Below, piece after piece: positions 25,856-39,538 of a stretch of 64,000 nt of DNA. Each line of letters begins with the position of its first letter. The stretch's first letter is position 1. Made by a program: the position numbers and the translations under genes. Under the pieces are notes generated by a model. It was not told the origin of the DNA, searched no databases, and saw only the letters and a program-made list of their open reading frames with translations. Source of the DNA: Octopus bimaculoides (lineage: Eukaryota); contig NC_069004.1 of the NCBI RefSeq assembly GCF_001194135.2, positions 2,809,788 to 2,873,787 of the forward strand. The letters are read 5' to 3'.

Positions 25856-28800
25856 NNNNNNNNNNNNNNNNNNNNNNNNNNNNNNNNNNNNNNNNNNNNN
25901 NNNNNNNNNNNNNNNNNNNNNNNNNNNNNNNNNNNNNNNNNNNNNNNNNNNNNNNNNNNNNNNNNNNNNNNNNNNNNNNNNNNNNNNNNNNNNNNNNNNN
26001 NNNNNNNNNNNNNNNNNNNNNNNNNNNNNNNNNNNNNNNNNNNNNNNNNNNNNNNNNNNNNNNNNNNNNNNNNNNNNNNNNNNNNNNNNNNNNNNNNNNN
26101 NNNNNNNNNNNNNNNNNNNNNNNNNNNNNNNNNNNNNNNNNNNNNNNNNNNNNNNNNNNNNNNNNNNNNNNNNNNNNNNNNNNNNNNNNNNNNNNNNNNN
26201 NNNNNNNNNNNNNNNNNNNNNNNNNNNNNNNNNNNNNNNNNNNNNNNNNNNNNNNNNNNNNNNNNNNNNNNNNNNNNNNNNNNNNNNNNNNNNNNNNNNN
26301 NNNNNNNNNNNNNNNNNNNNNNNNNNNNNNNNNNNNNNNNNNNNNNNNNNNNNNNNNNNNNNNNNNNNNNNNNNNNNNNNNNNNNNNNNNNNNNNNNNNN
26401 NNNNNNNNNNNNNNNNNNNNNNNNNNNNNNNNNNNNNNNNNNNNNNNNNNNNNNNNNNNNNNNNNNNNNNNNNNNNNNNNNNNNNNNNNNNNNNNNNNNN
26501 NNNNNNNNNNNNNNNNNNNNNNNNNNNNNNNNNNNNNNNNNNNNNNNNNNNTTAACCCCACCCCCTCTTAATCGTTTTCCTCTTGTGACATCGTGTTATA
26601 TTTGTTTCATACCGTATTCATTCTGTTATATGTATGTATATATATATATATATATATTTTTATATATATATATAATGTGTGTGTGTCTGCACACATTTTA
26701 GGCTCGACAAACGATTGACGTCTTCTGCAATGTCTATAAAATCTCAGCGAGGAAATAGATTGCACTCATCGATCTCCAGTTACACTTAAAGGCCGGGCAT
26801 AATTCAACTAGCTAGGGAGTTTGCCTCACTCGAATTCTCATCCGAATACTACGTTTTCGCCATCGTTTTAACGCCCACTCTCCCTTTCTTGCATGTGTAA
26901 GACGGAATTTGTCGAGGCAGATTTTCCACGGCCTGATGCCCTTCCTGTCACTAACCCTCACCTGTTTCCTAGCAGGGTAATATGGCCAGACAAGTTTTCC
27001 ATGAAAGGCTGGTAACGAACAACCCCGTTTGTATGACAATAATAGTCGTTTACAACCACCATATGTAAATAGAAGAGTACACCCGCATATACACACACAC
27101 ACACACATACACATACGCTGGTTTTCTATTCAGTTTCTGCCTACTAAATCCATGCATAGGGATTTGGTTGGCCTGGGGCTATAGTATGACACCTGTCTCA
27201 AGTAGCCATGCAATGAGAATAAACCCTGGGACCACATGATTGGGAAGCAAGCTTCTCAAGCTCACAGCCACGCCTAATTCTGTTTGTCAAACATTTAAGA
27301 ATTCGTTTACATTTCTAAATTCATATTCACAATTTTTGTTTGATTACCTTCTATGAAGACATGATGGTCACGGTTGGAACATCTTTGATCACTGGACTGC
27401 TCTATCAGGGCTGACTTGGAGTTAAACGAGATGAACACTAAGCCATCAAGGAAGTCTCTACATGATCACTTGACCTGATGTAAATTGAGGGGAATGATAT
27501 TAAAATTATATATTGAAAAAATAAGACAATATTTGTTTGCTTACGTATGTATAATAGGGAAGCAATATATATATATATATGCATGCATTGTTAAGAAGCA
27601 GCAAAAATTTCACAAAACCTGTTACTCAGTTTCACCTTCCTGTTCATCGGACAAAACAATAGGAACATGAAACTCTGAGTAACAGTTTTTGTAATATTTT
27701 TGCTGCTTTTTAATAATGCAAACCACCATGGAGAACAAATATAGATGGGCTGGCCACATCGTGCAACTGAAGGACAACAGATAGACAGCAGGACAATGGA
27801 CGAGATCAAGAAGCCAACCAAGGACAAGATGGTGAGATAATCTCACCCGCTACCTACCTGGAGCCTACATAGCCACAAGTGGCCAGGGACAGACAGCTGG
27901 AAGGAGTCCAGGGAGGGGTCTCTTCTCTTCTAGGAGTGATGAAGCCCTGGATAAAGGATGTGTGTGTGTTACTGTGTCCTTGGCTTGACATTACAGGGCA
28001 GTTGTAAACATGAGTCACAATCATGCGAACAGTATCTCTCAGTTCCAATCATCCATGAAAGCATGTCTGGCCTTGTTGAAATATTACCTTGCATGGAAGC
28101 AAGTAAGGGTTAGCAGCAGGAAGTGCATCTGGCCGTAGAAAATCTTCAACATACAAGCGAGGAAAGAAATGTGGACATTAAAACAATGACTGTGCTGTAA
28201 GAAGTTTGCTTCCCAACTACATGGCTCCAGGTTCAGTCCCATTGCATGGCACCTTGGGCCAACCAAAGCATTGTGAGCAGATTTGGTGGCTGGAAACTGA
28301 AAGAAACCCATCCTATATATGTGTATGTATATATGTTTGTTTGTTTGTTCCTCACCACTGCTTGACAACTGGTGTTGGTGTGTTTGTCCCCCATAACTTA
28401 GTGGTTCTGCAAAAGAGAATGATAGAATAAGTACCAGGGTTGATTCACTCAACTAAAAATTCTTCAAGGTGGTGCCCCAGCATGGACACAATCTAATGAC
28501 CGAAACAAATAAACCATTATACTAAGATCATGGGTTCAATTTTCTAGCCTACCTGGGACACTGTGTCCTTGTGCTGGTGCAGCCCTCCAGGTGTCACATC
28601 CCAATTATTCTGATGGATCAAAAGTGAGAATGTGCTTGTCTATTCTTGACTGCATTTGGCACCTTCGAATAAAGAAATAAGAAATCAATATTTAAATAAA
28701 GCTGTAATATGATTGCACCTTCTCTTTCTTTGTTGTCTTTTCCAGAGAATGGACCCCATACCTGTTGCAGAGCCGGCTGCTACCGAATTGCCCAGTACTG

Positions 28801-31800
28801 GCGGCAAAGACAACGGCAAAAAAGACAACCAAACAGAAGCTAAAAGCAAGAGTGAGAATGACAAAATGCCTAGTGAGGATGAAGAGTCGAGCCCTCTGCC
28901 ATCTACCTCTGATAATGACATCATCTCAAACTCATTAACCTCGACTAGCAAACAGGCAAAGAAGACCAAAATAATTGCAGATAAAGATTCCACAGGTAAA
29001 TGAAAAAAAACCCAAAACAATGAATATTATAAAACTGTGTGTGTGTGTTATGGGTAGCGTTTCATTGTATACAATCTGTCACATGTTTGGGCCACCTGCA
29101 TCTAAACCAGCAACCCTACCAAGCCTGTGTGATTCTCCTTGGCCACCCTGCAAGGCATAAAGCAAAACCTGTCAAAGGGTGAATGAACCCAGTAGAGCTG
29201 GGAATGAGAGATCCCTAGTCTTTGTTTAGACAAGGAGAGCTCTGATTTAACCCCTGCGATTTCATATGCATGCGCTGTTTAGTCCTTTCGCATTTGAACC
29301 TGCCATATCCGGCTCAAATATTCCACTTGCTTTATCTGGCCTCTCACATCATCCGGCCATGTCTGACTTCTCATGCCCACCCTACAATGTCATTCAAAAA
29401 ATAAACAGTCACATTGTTAAAATCTCAAAGGTAGAATATAATGCATGATTAATTCAAAATTAGGTAATATTTTCCCATGGCCAGACATTGAATCCATGTT
29501 TGAAGAATAAATTGGATTGTCATGGATGGAACCCCATTGAGTTAAAGCTGACAACAACAGCAACAACTGAATTTTTTTATTTCATTTGTCTTCCTGTCTC
29601 TCTTTCAGAGATGAAGTCCTCAGATTGTGTAACAAAAGAGAGACCAGCTTCACCTGTATCAGCTCCTCCATCCTCTACAGCTACTTCAGTTGACCCAACA
29701 ACAAAAGTAGTGGAAGTGCCTGTTGACAAAATGAAAGGTAACATAAAGGTTCTCGTTTCAAAGCATTGCTTTTCAGCTGGGGTCCATATAAGAATCTCCT
29801 GAGCATAGTGATTTTTCTATATTTGTATATCTATATATGTTGGTCCAGAATCAGGCCAGACACAGAGGAGGAGAGAGAATAGTAATTCAGTGAAGGAAAA
29901 GTAGTGAGAGTAATGACCCTGACTGAGAGGGAGTGAGAGAAGGGAAGGGGTGATAGATGAATAAGGAAGAAAGGGGTGGAAAAAAAACAGCGTTTCAACT
30001 CTGGATGTATGTGATTATTATGGACCTTATTTTCTGCGTTATTTATATATAAAATACTACAGTTAGCCGTTGTTATTGACAGCATGGGGTCAGCTAGCGT
30101 TTTCTTATAATCTGTGTGCAATAAAGTGCTTTATACTTCTGCAGTACCCAAAAGATTTTAATATTTTCTTACCAAAATTCTTCGCTCTCGCTTTTCTTTC
30201 TAATTGATCCCTAAACTCTTGTCTTTCACAGAACCTACTCCGCCGAAAGAGGAACCCAAAACAGAGCCTGTTGAGAGCAGTGAACCACCTAAAATTAAGG
30301 AACTGGCCGAGGAGCTTGCGAGACCAGTGACATTACAAGAGAATACAACTGGTATGTGCGTGTTTGTGTGTGCACCTTGTTTCAGTCATTGAACTGCAGC
30401 CATGCTGGAGTACTTCCTTGAAGGGTTTTAGGGTTGAAGAAATCTACCCAGTATTTTTTTTTTTCTCCAAACTAGTAGCCACAAACATATGCCTCTACTG
30501 GAGCTATGCCTTGGTCCCTGAACATTGAGCCATTGACCTGAGCAGGTTTCTCTGTCCTAGTTGTTGGTTCCTTGGGAAAACTTAGACAGAGTCTTTTGCC
30601 TTCTGGTACAGTGCTAACACTTCCCTCACTTGTGAAGTGGGTTACTAGAGTGAGCCATCAAGTGAGAGAGATTAGGAGTTGAATACGGGCAAGTGATACC
30701 TATCCATCCTCAGCAAGGAGCAGCTGCCACACACCAAGGGTACTTTGTCTATTCAAAGCCCTTACACCCCATGCAAATGTGGGTTAATAGACTTTAAAAT
30801 GAACAAGCATTGGAGAGCTGCTTTATATCCACTTTCTCCAAGCTTGCAACTCGGGTAGAATTCTATGGTTTGATGCCCAAATGTTGTTGTTGAAGCAAAG
30901 TATTTTATTCAATGTCTTTGTGTGGCAGACTACTGCCAGACATTTTGAGCATAAGAATCATGAAATGATGTCAGTGCAATGAGACATAGAGATAAACCGA
31001 CAAACCATGGGCTTGTGTCTTCTGCTATAAATAGTAAATGAATTTGTGTGTGTTTGTATATATATGTATCTGTATGGTTGTGTGTGTGTGTACATGTGTA
31101 TGAATGTGTGTGTGTATATATATATATATATATACACATGCATACACTTGAGTATATACATTGTGTGTGTGTGTCTAAATATATATGTATGTGTATCTCT
31201 TTTTATTGAAGAAGATAAAGAAAAGAAGAAAGAACCAATACCAGCACCAGAAGAAACAGCAACAACAGCAGCAGCAGCAATAGCTGTGGTGGCAGCAACA
31301 ACAGCTGCAGTAGCAGCAGCACCGAAACCGAAGGAGAAGAAACCAAACTTGTTCCCCAACAGGCGACGCCAGAAGCTCATTGTTGCTGGTGCGTTCCTTG
31401 CAAAACGGGACGCCAGCCGGAAGTCTCCACCGAGTCCAGCGAAGAAACTAACGGCCAAGGCTAAACCTTCAATAATGAAATCCGAACCCAGCGACAAGGT
31501 TAGTCATTACTACGATGTCATTAATGCGTTTATGTGATGTAATTGGGGGGGGCACGTGGTGTGTGTGGAATTGATAGCAAAGGGTGCGTGGCTTAATGGT
31601 TCGTGTATTTGGCCTATGATCATAAGGTGGTGAGTTCGATTTTTGGCAGCACGTTGTCCTTGAGCAAGACTCTTTATTTCACGTTGCTCCAGTCCACTCA
31701 GCTGGCAAAAATGAGTTGTACCTGTAATTCAAAGGGGGCCAGCTTTATTACATTCTCTGTATCCTGCTGAATCTCCCTGAGAACTATGTTAAGGGTAGAC

Positions 31801-34800
31801 ATATTTATGTATTCATATGGTGCATTTAGGGTATGTGGTGTGTGTGCCTTAGTGGTACAGGTATTTGGCTTTTGATTGCGAGTTCAATTTCTGGTAATGC
31901 ATTCTGTTCTTGAGCAAGACACTTTATTTCATGTTGCTCCAGTCCACTCAGCTGGTGAAAGCGCGTTGTACCTGTAATTCAAAGGGTGCTGGCCTTGTTA
32001 CATTCTGTGTCACACTATCTCCATGAGAACTGTTATGGGTACATGTGTCTGTGGAGTACTCAGCCATTAGCATGTTTTGATGAGCAGGCTGTTCAGCTGG
32101 AACCCTCATTGCCATATCCAAGTGCCAAAATATGGAATTAATAATGTATGTAAACCCGTAAAGTGTGTGGTCACTTCTTGACCACACAGCCATTTTAGAA
32201 AAAAATATTTTCTTAATTTTAAGCAGGTGAGATTGATAAGTATTTTGTGATCTAATGAATGTTTTCTTTGTTAATTGCTTTTTTTCTGTTAGGTTGAAAA
32301 AGATGAAAAAGTTGCAGAGAAGAAGGTGACCTCTGAGAAGAAAATGGAGAAGAAACTCGTTCCTGAAAAAAAGGCTACTATTGATAAGAAACCAGTTTTC
32401 CGTGAGATGAAGGTCCACGAAGACAAACGGTCTTTCGGAGAGAAGAAACTTGATAAAAAGTTATCTGGTGATCGAAGATCCTTGCAGACTTCTGTTGCCC
32501 AGTCTGTTAAGTTGGTCAAAGAACTGAAGACAGAAGTGGCCAGCGAGCCGACCCACGTAAAAACGGAGCGTCCGATGAGTGAGATGAAGGAATTGGAGAA
32601 GGCTCTCACCATTGGCTTTCTTCCGAACTCACGACCAGGTATGGCACCCCTCTCGAGTGCCGTTACACCATCCACAGCCTATGTCAATATGCTGACGTCA
32701 ACCACGAATGTCTTCGGAGGTCCAGTGGTGTCCCCTACTTCAACGAAGTCTGCCTTAGGGAGAAAAGTACGGGCTCGTCCAGGTAGGTTCCGCAGAGGTG
32801 ATTATCAACACTTTTTCGTTCTTTAAATTTGTCTTTATACACCCTCACATATATACACTCTGCACTGGTGTTGGTGCCTCATAAAAAAGCACCCAGTATA
32901 CTTTGTAAAGTGGTTGGCATATTAGGAAGGGCATCCAGCCATAGAAACCATGCCAAATGGGACTGGAGTCTGGTGCAGCTCCTGTCAAACCATCCAACCC
33001 ATGCCAGCATGGAAAACTTAAGTTAAATGATGACATATTCACATTGTGTGTGTGTGTGTGTGTGTGATTTGATAGACAGAAACTGAAAGAAGGAAAGAAG
33101 CCCATCATAATTGTATGTGTGTGTATGTTCATATCTCCTTGCCTTGTCATCTTGGAATAGTTGTAAACGAATGTCCCTGTTATACAAGCTGTGTCCATTT
33201 CCAATTTTCTCACTAGCCTCCATCTGTCTGTCTCTCTTTTGTTGTCGGTCTGTCTGTCTTTCTCTAAATACTTCTCCCTCTTCTTTGTTGTCCCTTTCTT
33301 CCCATCTCCGCTGTATCTCCCTTACTACTTGTTGCTAATTTCTACAGGTCCCCATCGGGCCTCAAGAAAACGGGGTTTGTCAAAATCTCCTGACACTTCT
33401 GACTTTGTGGTGAAGAAAGAACCCCTGTCACCTGGAGAGGAAGGTCTCCCTCGCAAAAGGCTTAAACTCGGCGGGAAAGGTAAGCACTTACATTTACAAC
33501 TACTTTGATAACCTACAAGGTGAGGGTGCTTCTACATTGTCACCAACTCTGCTAGAAATAGCAGCCAGATGTTAAGCAGTAGTCCAGGCACATGGCTTAA
33601 TGGTTAGGGTATTTATCTCATGATCATAGTCATGAGTTCAATTCTCGGCAGTACATTGTGTCCTTGAGCAAGTCACTTTATTTCACGTTGCTTCCATATA
33701 CTGAGTTGTCAAAAATGAGTTGAACATATATTTCAAAGGGCCAGCCTTGTCGCATTCTGTGTCATGCTGAATCTCCTTGAGATCTATGTTGATGGTGCAT
33801 GTGTCTGTGGAGTGTTCAGCCACTTGCATGTTAATGTCACGAGCAGGCTGTTCCGTTGATCGAATCAGCTGGAACACTCGTCATTGTAACCGATGGGCAG
33901 CTAAAACCGGCCCAATACCATGGCCACTCAACCACATTGACTCTATGATGTGGTGTTGAGCCAGCAAAGAAGCTGTTTTTCACGTGCTTACCAAATTCAC
34001 TGACAAGGATTTAATCAGTCTGGATGGCACGTAAAAAGCACCCACTACACTCTTGGAGTGGTTAGCATTAGGAAGGGCATCCAGCTGTAGAAACCTTGCC
34101 AGATCAGATTGGAGCCCAGTGCAGCCTCCTGGCTTGCCAGTCCTCAGTGAATCCGTCCAATCCTCACAATGGTCTACAACAAGTAACCTTAGATACCAAG
34201 AACCCTCCTAAGTATCCTAGCGGTACTAAATCTGGTTTTATACCTATTTCCTCTATCCATCCGTTCAAATTGTTATTATTATTATTGTTGTTGTTGTTAC
34301 AGTTGCAAGCCAGGAATTTACTATCCAGTATGATCACAATCCTTACAAATGCATGTTCGAGAACTGCAACAAGAGTTTCCGTAAAGACCACCGCCTACAA
34401 TACCACATCAAGTACTATCACATGGAGGACAGCAAATCCATGGTGAGCTCACCCGTAACGGTGCCGTCGAAGCGTCAGAAGACTTCAAGTATTTGTAAGT
34501 TCCTTCTTAATCAAGGAAAAGGGCAAATGGGAATAACATCAGTTTCTCTCTCTCTCATCTGGACCCTTTTTTCATTACAGAGACCCCTTCTGTATCATAA
34601 CAGCTTTTGATACTTCGCACTGGACTGGTGCGTCCCTTCCTTTTTCTCTCCACCCCTCTCTGTTTTTATATAGGCCTGAAGCCTCTCGTATTTCCGGCAT
34701 ACAAGTCGACCTAGTATATAGTGTAAGCATGTAGGGTCAACCTTTAAACATTGTTGCTATTTTTCCAAAGCCTTCTGCGTTTCGCATGGAATTTTCGGTC

Positions 34801-35285
34801 CTTCCAAATCGTCTTGGTGTATAAGTTGACCTACCTTTTTTTTGCGACTGTAAATTCTAGTTTGGAAAGTTCGACTTGTGTGCCAGGAAATACGGTAAAT
34901 ATATGTACATTTTTTTTTCCCTCTGTATGTGGAGTGATGGTGGCTGTGGTAGTGGTATCAGTTGTTTAACCGTAGGTCAACTATGACCATCCCTATGAAT
35001 ACGGTAGCAAAAAGGGTTAATAAGAAATCTTGTAGAATAACAATCATGGATGTATCATAATGAAGACACCCAGGCATAGCTGTGTGGTTTAGCACCTTGT
35101 TTTGCAACCATGTGGTTTTTGGATCGGTCCCACAGTACAACACCGTAAGTAAGTGCTTTCTACTATAGCCCCATGCCAACCAATACATTGTGGGTGGATA
35201 TGGTAGATGGAAACTGTGAAGAAGCCCGTTGTGTAAGTATAGTGTATAGAATGGAAAAAGTTCAAATCAGTCAGACTATGATTAT

Positions 35286-35316
<31 letters not shown>

Positions 35317-35806
35317 GGTTTTTGTTAAGATAAAATAAGGATTTTCCGAACTAAAACCCATATTGATGTGTCAGAGATATAAAAATATATATTTTTATAT
35401 CTCTGATATATCAATATCTGATATTTCAGTTTGGACAATCTTTATTTTATCTTAACTAAACCCGTGTATGTATGTGTTAATTGTAGTCTGCCTTTATAAG
35501 AAGTTTTTCCATTCTATCCACAATACTTATCTAATGCCTCAGGTTTGACTTGAGCACTTCTACGCTGTCTCTGTGTTTTGTAAGAATATATATGCGCAGG
35601 TGTGGCTGTGTGCTAAGAAGCTTGCTTCCCAACCACTCGGTTCCAGGTTCAGTCCTGCTGTGTGGTATCTAGGGCACCTGTCTCTTGCTATAGCCTTGGC
35701 CCAACCAAAGCCTTCTGGGTGGATTTGGGAGGCAGAAACTGAAAGAAACCCTGTCACGTGTGTGTGAGTGTATATGTATTTATATATACGTGTGTGTGTG
35801 TGTATG

Positions 35807-35862
<56 letters not shown>

Positions 35863-38302
35863 ATATCTCTCCCTCCCTCCCTCTCTCCGTTTTCTCTTTT
35901 GTTCACTTCAACTGTTTCTCCATTGTTACCATTCCTGCTGACTCTTGTAAATGCATTTTTTTTTTGGAGTTTTCAAATGTCTTCATTAGTTCTGTTTTAT
36001 ATTTCTTCTTTCCTTTCTCTTTCTCTCTCTCTTTTTTTTTTCTTTTCTCTCCCGAATTTTGCCACCTTTTAGGTTCCACCAGTTCTGACCACTCTCAAAA
36101 GACCAAGTGTGACGCCGTGCCTCCGAAGCGGAGGTATACTTCTCAGTTAGCCCCACGTCACACCCTGAATGGTTTCCCGACCCTGGATAGTCCAAGTTCT
36201 TGTCTGTTACAGGATGACATCAAAAACTTCGATCTTTTAGATGGTAAATCATGACACCTCAGTTCAGAACCCCATTTTTAATGTTCCCTTTGTCCCCTAA
36301 TCTTTATTATATATCTCCTTTGAAACCCATACCCTGCTATTGTTGGTGTGGACTTTGTTACTTTTTGTTTTCCAATCGTTTTCTCCTTATGTGCAAAATT
36401 TGATTTTCCTTTTTTTTTCTTCATTCATGTTTGATCTTTTGCCATACCAAAGCATTTTCATAAGTTTGTCCCGAATGTCCATGCTTATTTTCAGACTTCG
36501 AGTTAGCTTGTGTGTTCCATACATCCTGAGTAATATAAAGCTATCCTTTCTTAAGTCCCAAATTGGGAATGTCTATCAGATATGATGCATGGACGCTTGG
36601 GAAAGATGCCTGATGTACATATCCAATTCTGCCTGTCCTTTGTATCATGTGACACAAAGGGCAGGCAGAATTGGGTTTGTGTATCATATATTGATGTATA
36701 AACATGAAGGAAATCTGTTCTGTACACCACATGTGATGCACAAGACAGGCAAAGGGTTAAAATTTTGTTTTCAATCAACTGAATTAGCCATTTCAAAGAA
36801 TAACTTTGTCTTTCAAATCCCTGACCTTCTCGAGTTTGCTTTCAATATCTTAATTAACAAGGTGGCAAGCTGGAAGAATCGTTAATTAACCAGCAGACAA
36901 AATGCTTAATGGCGTTTTGTGTGTCTTTACATAACATTCTAAGTTCCCTTCAATTGTCTCCCTTTGTGTAGTTGTGTTAAAAGTTTCTGTGCTTTGAAGC
37001 TCATTTTTATTGCACAAATGTTTGTCAGTGTTGTTATAGTCTTGCTTTAAGCATTTGCATGGAGCATGCTCCCTTCAGTGGGACACAAACTGATGGGTGA
37101 GATGGTGAAGGGGTGGAGGTAGGTTCAGCATAAGGAATGGCAGTGGGGAGACTGCAAACTCCTTCAGCTTTTCTCTTACTTGTTTCAGTCATTAGACTGT
37201 GGCCATGCTGGGGCACCACCTAGAACAATTTTAGTTGAACATATCGACTCCACTGTGTGTGTGTGTGTATGCATGCATCTCTTTGTGCCTCTCAGTCTGT
37301 CTCCTTGTGTCTGTCTGTTTGCCTCTCTCTTTCTCTCTCTCTCTCTCTCTGTCTCCTTTCCTTGCCATTGTGTGATAGTTATGTCACCATTATGCAAGCG
37401 ATGGCCTTTGTTTCCAGTCTTCCATGCAACCATGTCTGGTCATGCGGAAATATTTCCTTACATGGAAATAAGCGACAGTTAGTGACTGGAAGAGCATCCA
37501 GCTGTAGAAACCATGCCAAAACAGACAATGGAGCCTGATTCGGCCCCTGACCATACCGGCTCCTGTCAAACTATCCAACCCATGCCAGCATGGAAAAGAG
37601 GCATTAAATGATAATGATGAAGTGCGAAATAAAAAATAATACCAAAACCAATCTGACTAAATCCTGGAAGGCTATGCTCCAGCATTGCCACAAGTCAATG
37701 ATTGAAACCGATAAGAGAACATTGTTTGTTGAAATATGGAAGCAAAAAGGTTAAGGGGGATATTTGACTGCTATTTTTAGCACACTCAGGCTCCCCCATC
37801 TGATAGACTGTCCTTCTGATGTCTACCCCTGTCGCTAAGTCACTGACCCATCCCTACCCCACATCTTGCTGTTCGTTGTTAGGTTCAATTACTCAGGATC
37901 ATGATTGTTGGGGGTGAGATAGTTCCAGAGCAACTGTGATCCAGTAGGCCTACGTGTATCTTGGATTACATTGTTTTAAGTTGGTAGCTTGTGGTTTGAG
38001 GGAAGTTTAAGGTAGGTATTTCTAGCATGTTTTATGATCACATGTAGGCAAATTGACATTTTCTACTTGTGCTTGTCTCTCCCTTTTTTTTTTTTTTTAC
38101 ATCAAAATCCACCCCACCCCACCCCACCNNNNNNNNNNTTTTTTTTTTTTTTTTTTTTTAATGCTGTTGCTTTCTTGTAATATCAGGTTTTGAAAATTCT
38201 TAATCTCCTCTCTGTTTCTTTGTCTCTTTCTCTCTCCCTCTCTTCATCTCTCTGTCTCTTTGTCCACTTCTCTCTCTGTCTTTGTATGTCTTTCCACCTT
38301 TG

Positions 38303-38388
<86 letters not shown>

Positions 38389-39499
38389 CCTTTGTGTTTG
38401 TCTCTTTCTGTCTGTCCACCTCTCTGTCTCTCTCTTAGTGTGTGTGTGTGTGTGTGTCTATCTCTCTCTCTCTTCTCTGTCTGTCTCTCTTCACCTTTCT
38501 CTCTCTCATATCCTTGGTCTCTCTTATTTCAGCTGCAAGTGAAATGGTGCCACCACCCATCACCGTCAAAGAAAGGAAGCATGGCAACAAGAGAAGAAGT
38601 AAAAGTGAGTTTGAGCGGAATTGCTTCATTCTGCAATGAGAAATTTAAAATAATTTCTTTGAGAAAGTGTGTGTGTGTGTGTGTGTGTGGACTTGTGAAT
38701 ATATATGATAAGGACACGTGATGTGGTGGCTTAATCTCCTACCAGTTGTGATCCAACCACGACCAATCTGTCCCATTAGTCACATTTTACTTATCTAGAA
38801 TTGTTAGACACTATGTCCTTGTTTCAAGACAGTATGTTCTACGAGTGATTGGGTTGCTATTTCTAGCATGTCTTGCAACTACATAGAAATTTCCTCTTGT
38901 TGGATGGGAGCCAAGCATAGGATGTGGTGGAGTCATCATTTTAACGTGTACCTTTCCATGCATGTATGTGTTAGATGGAATTTATTAAGACAGATTTTCT
39001 ACGGCTGGATGCCTCTCCTGTCATCAACCCTCACCTGTTTTCCAAGCAAAGTAATACTGCTAATGATGGTAGTGTGGTAGATACTGATGATAATTGGTAT
39101 TGTTTGCAGATATCGAACGGCCTCCTGTACTGGAACCCGTGGCTGAAGACTTTGCAGAGTTTGAGGAGGAAGACACAAGCAGCGAAGTCATCCATTGTGT
39201 TTGTAACCAGGTTGAAGAGAAGGGCCTTATGATTCAGGTAAACTATTTCTGTATTACAATTAACGTTGCACAGAAGAGACAGATTTCATTATTGCGTTTG
39301 CTTTATTATGTTGGTGCAGGCTTCGACATGCTCAACTGGTTAAGGTCAAACAACTGACCAGCAAATCTGTGGTGTTAAGCAGAATATTTGCTGTGGCCCA
39401 TCCTTTATACTAAGACAAAACAATGTACGTACATGATAACACTTCCAGTCAGTTAAGATCAGAAGCCATGAGAACCACTGCCTGGTACTGCATCAGGAC

Positions 39500-39538
<39 letters not shown>

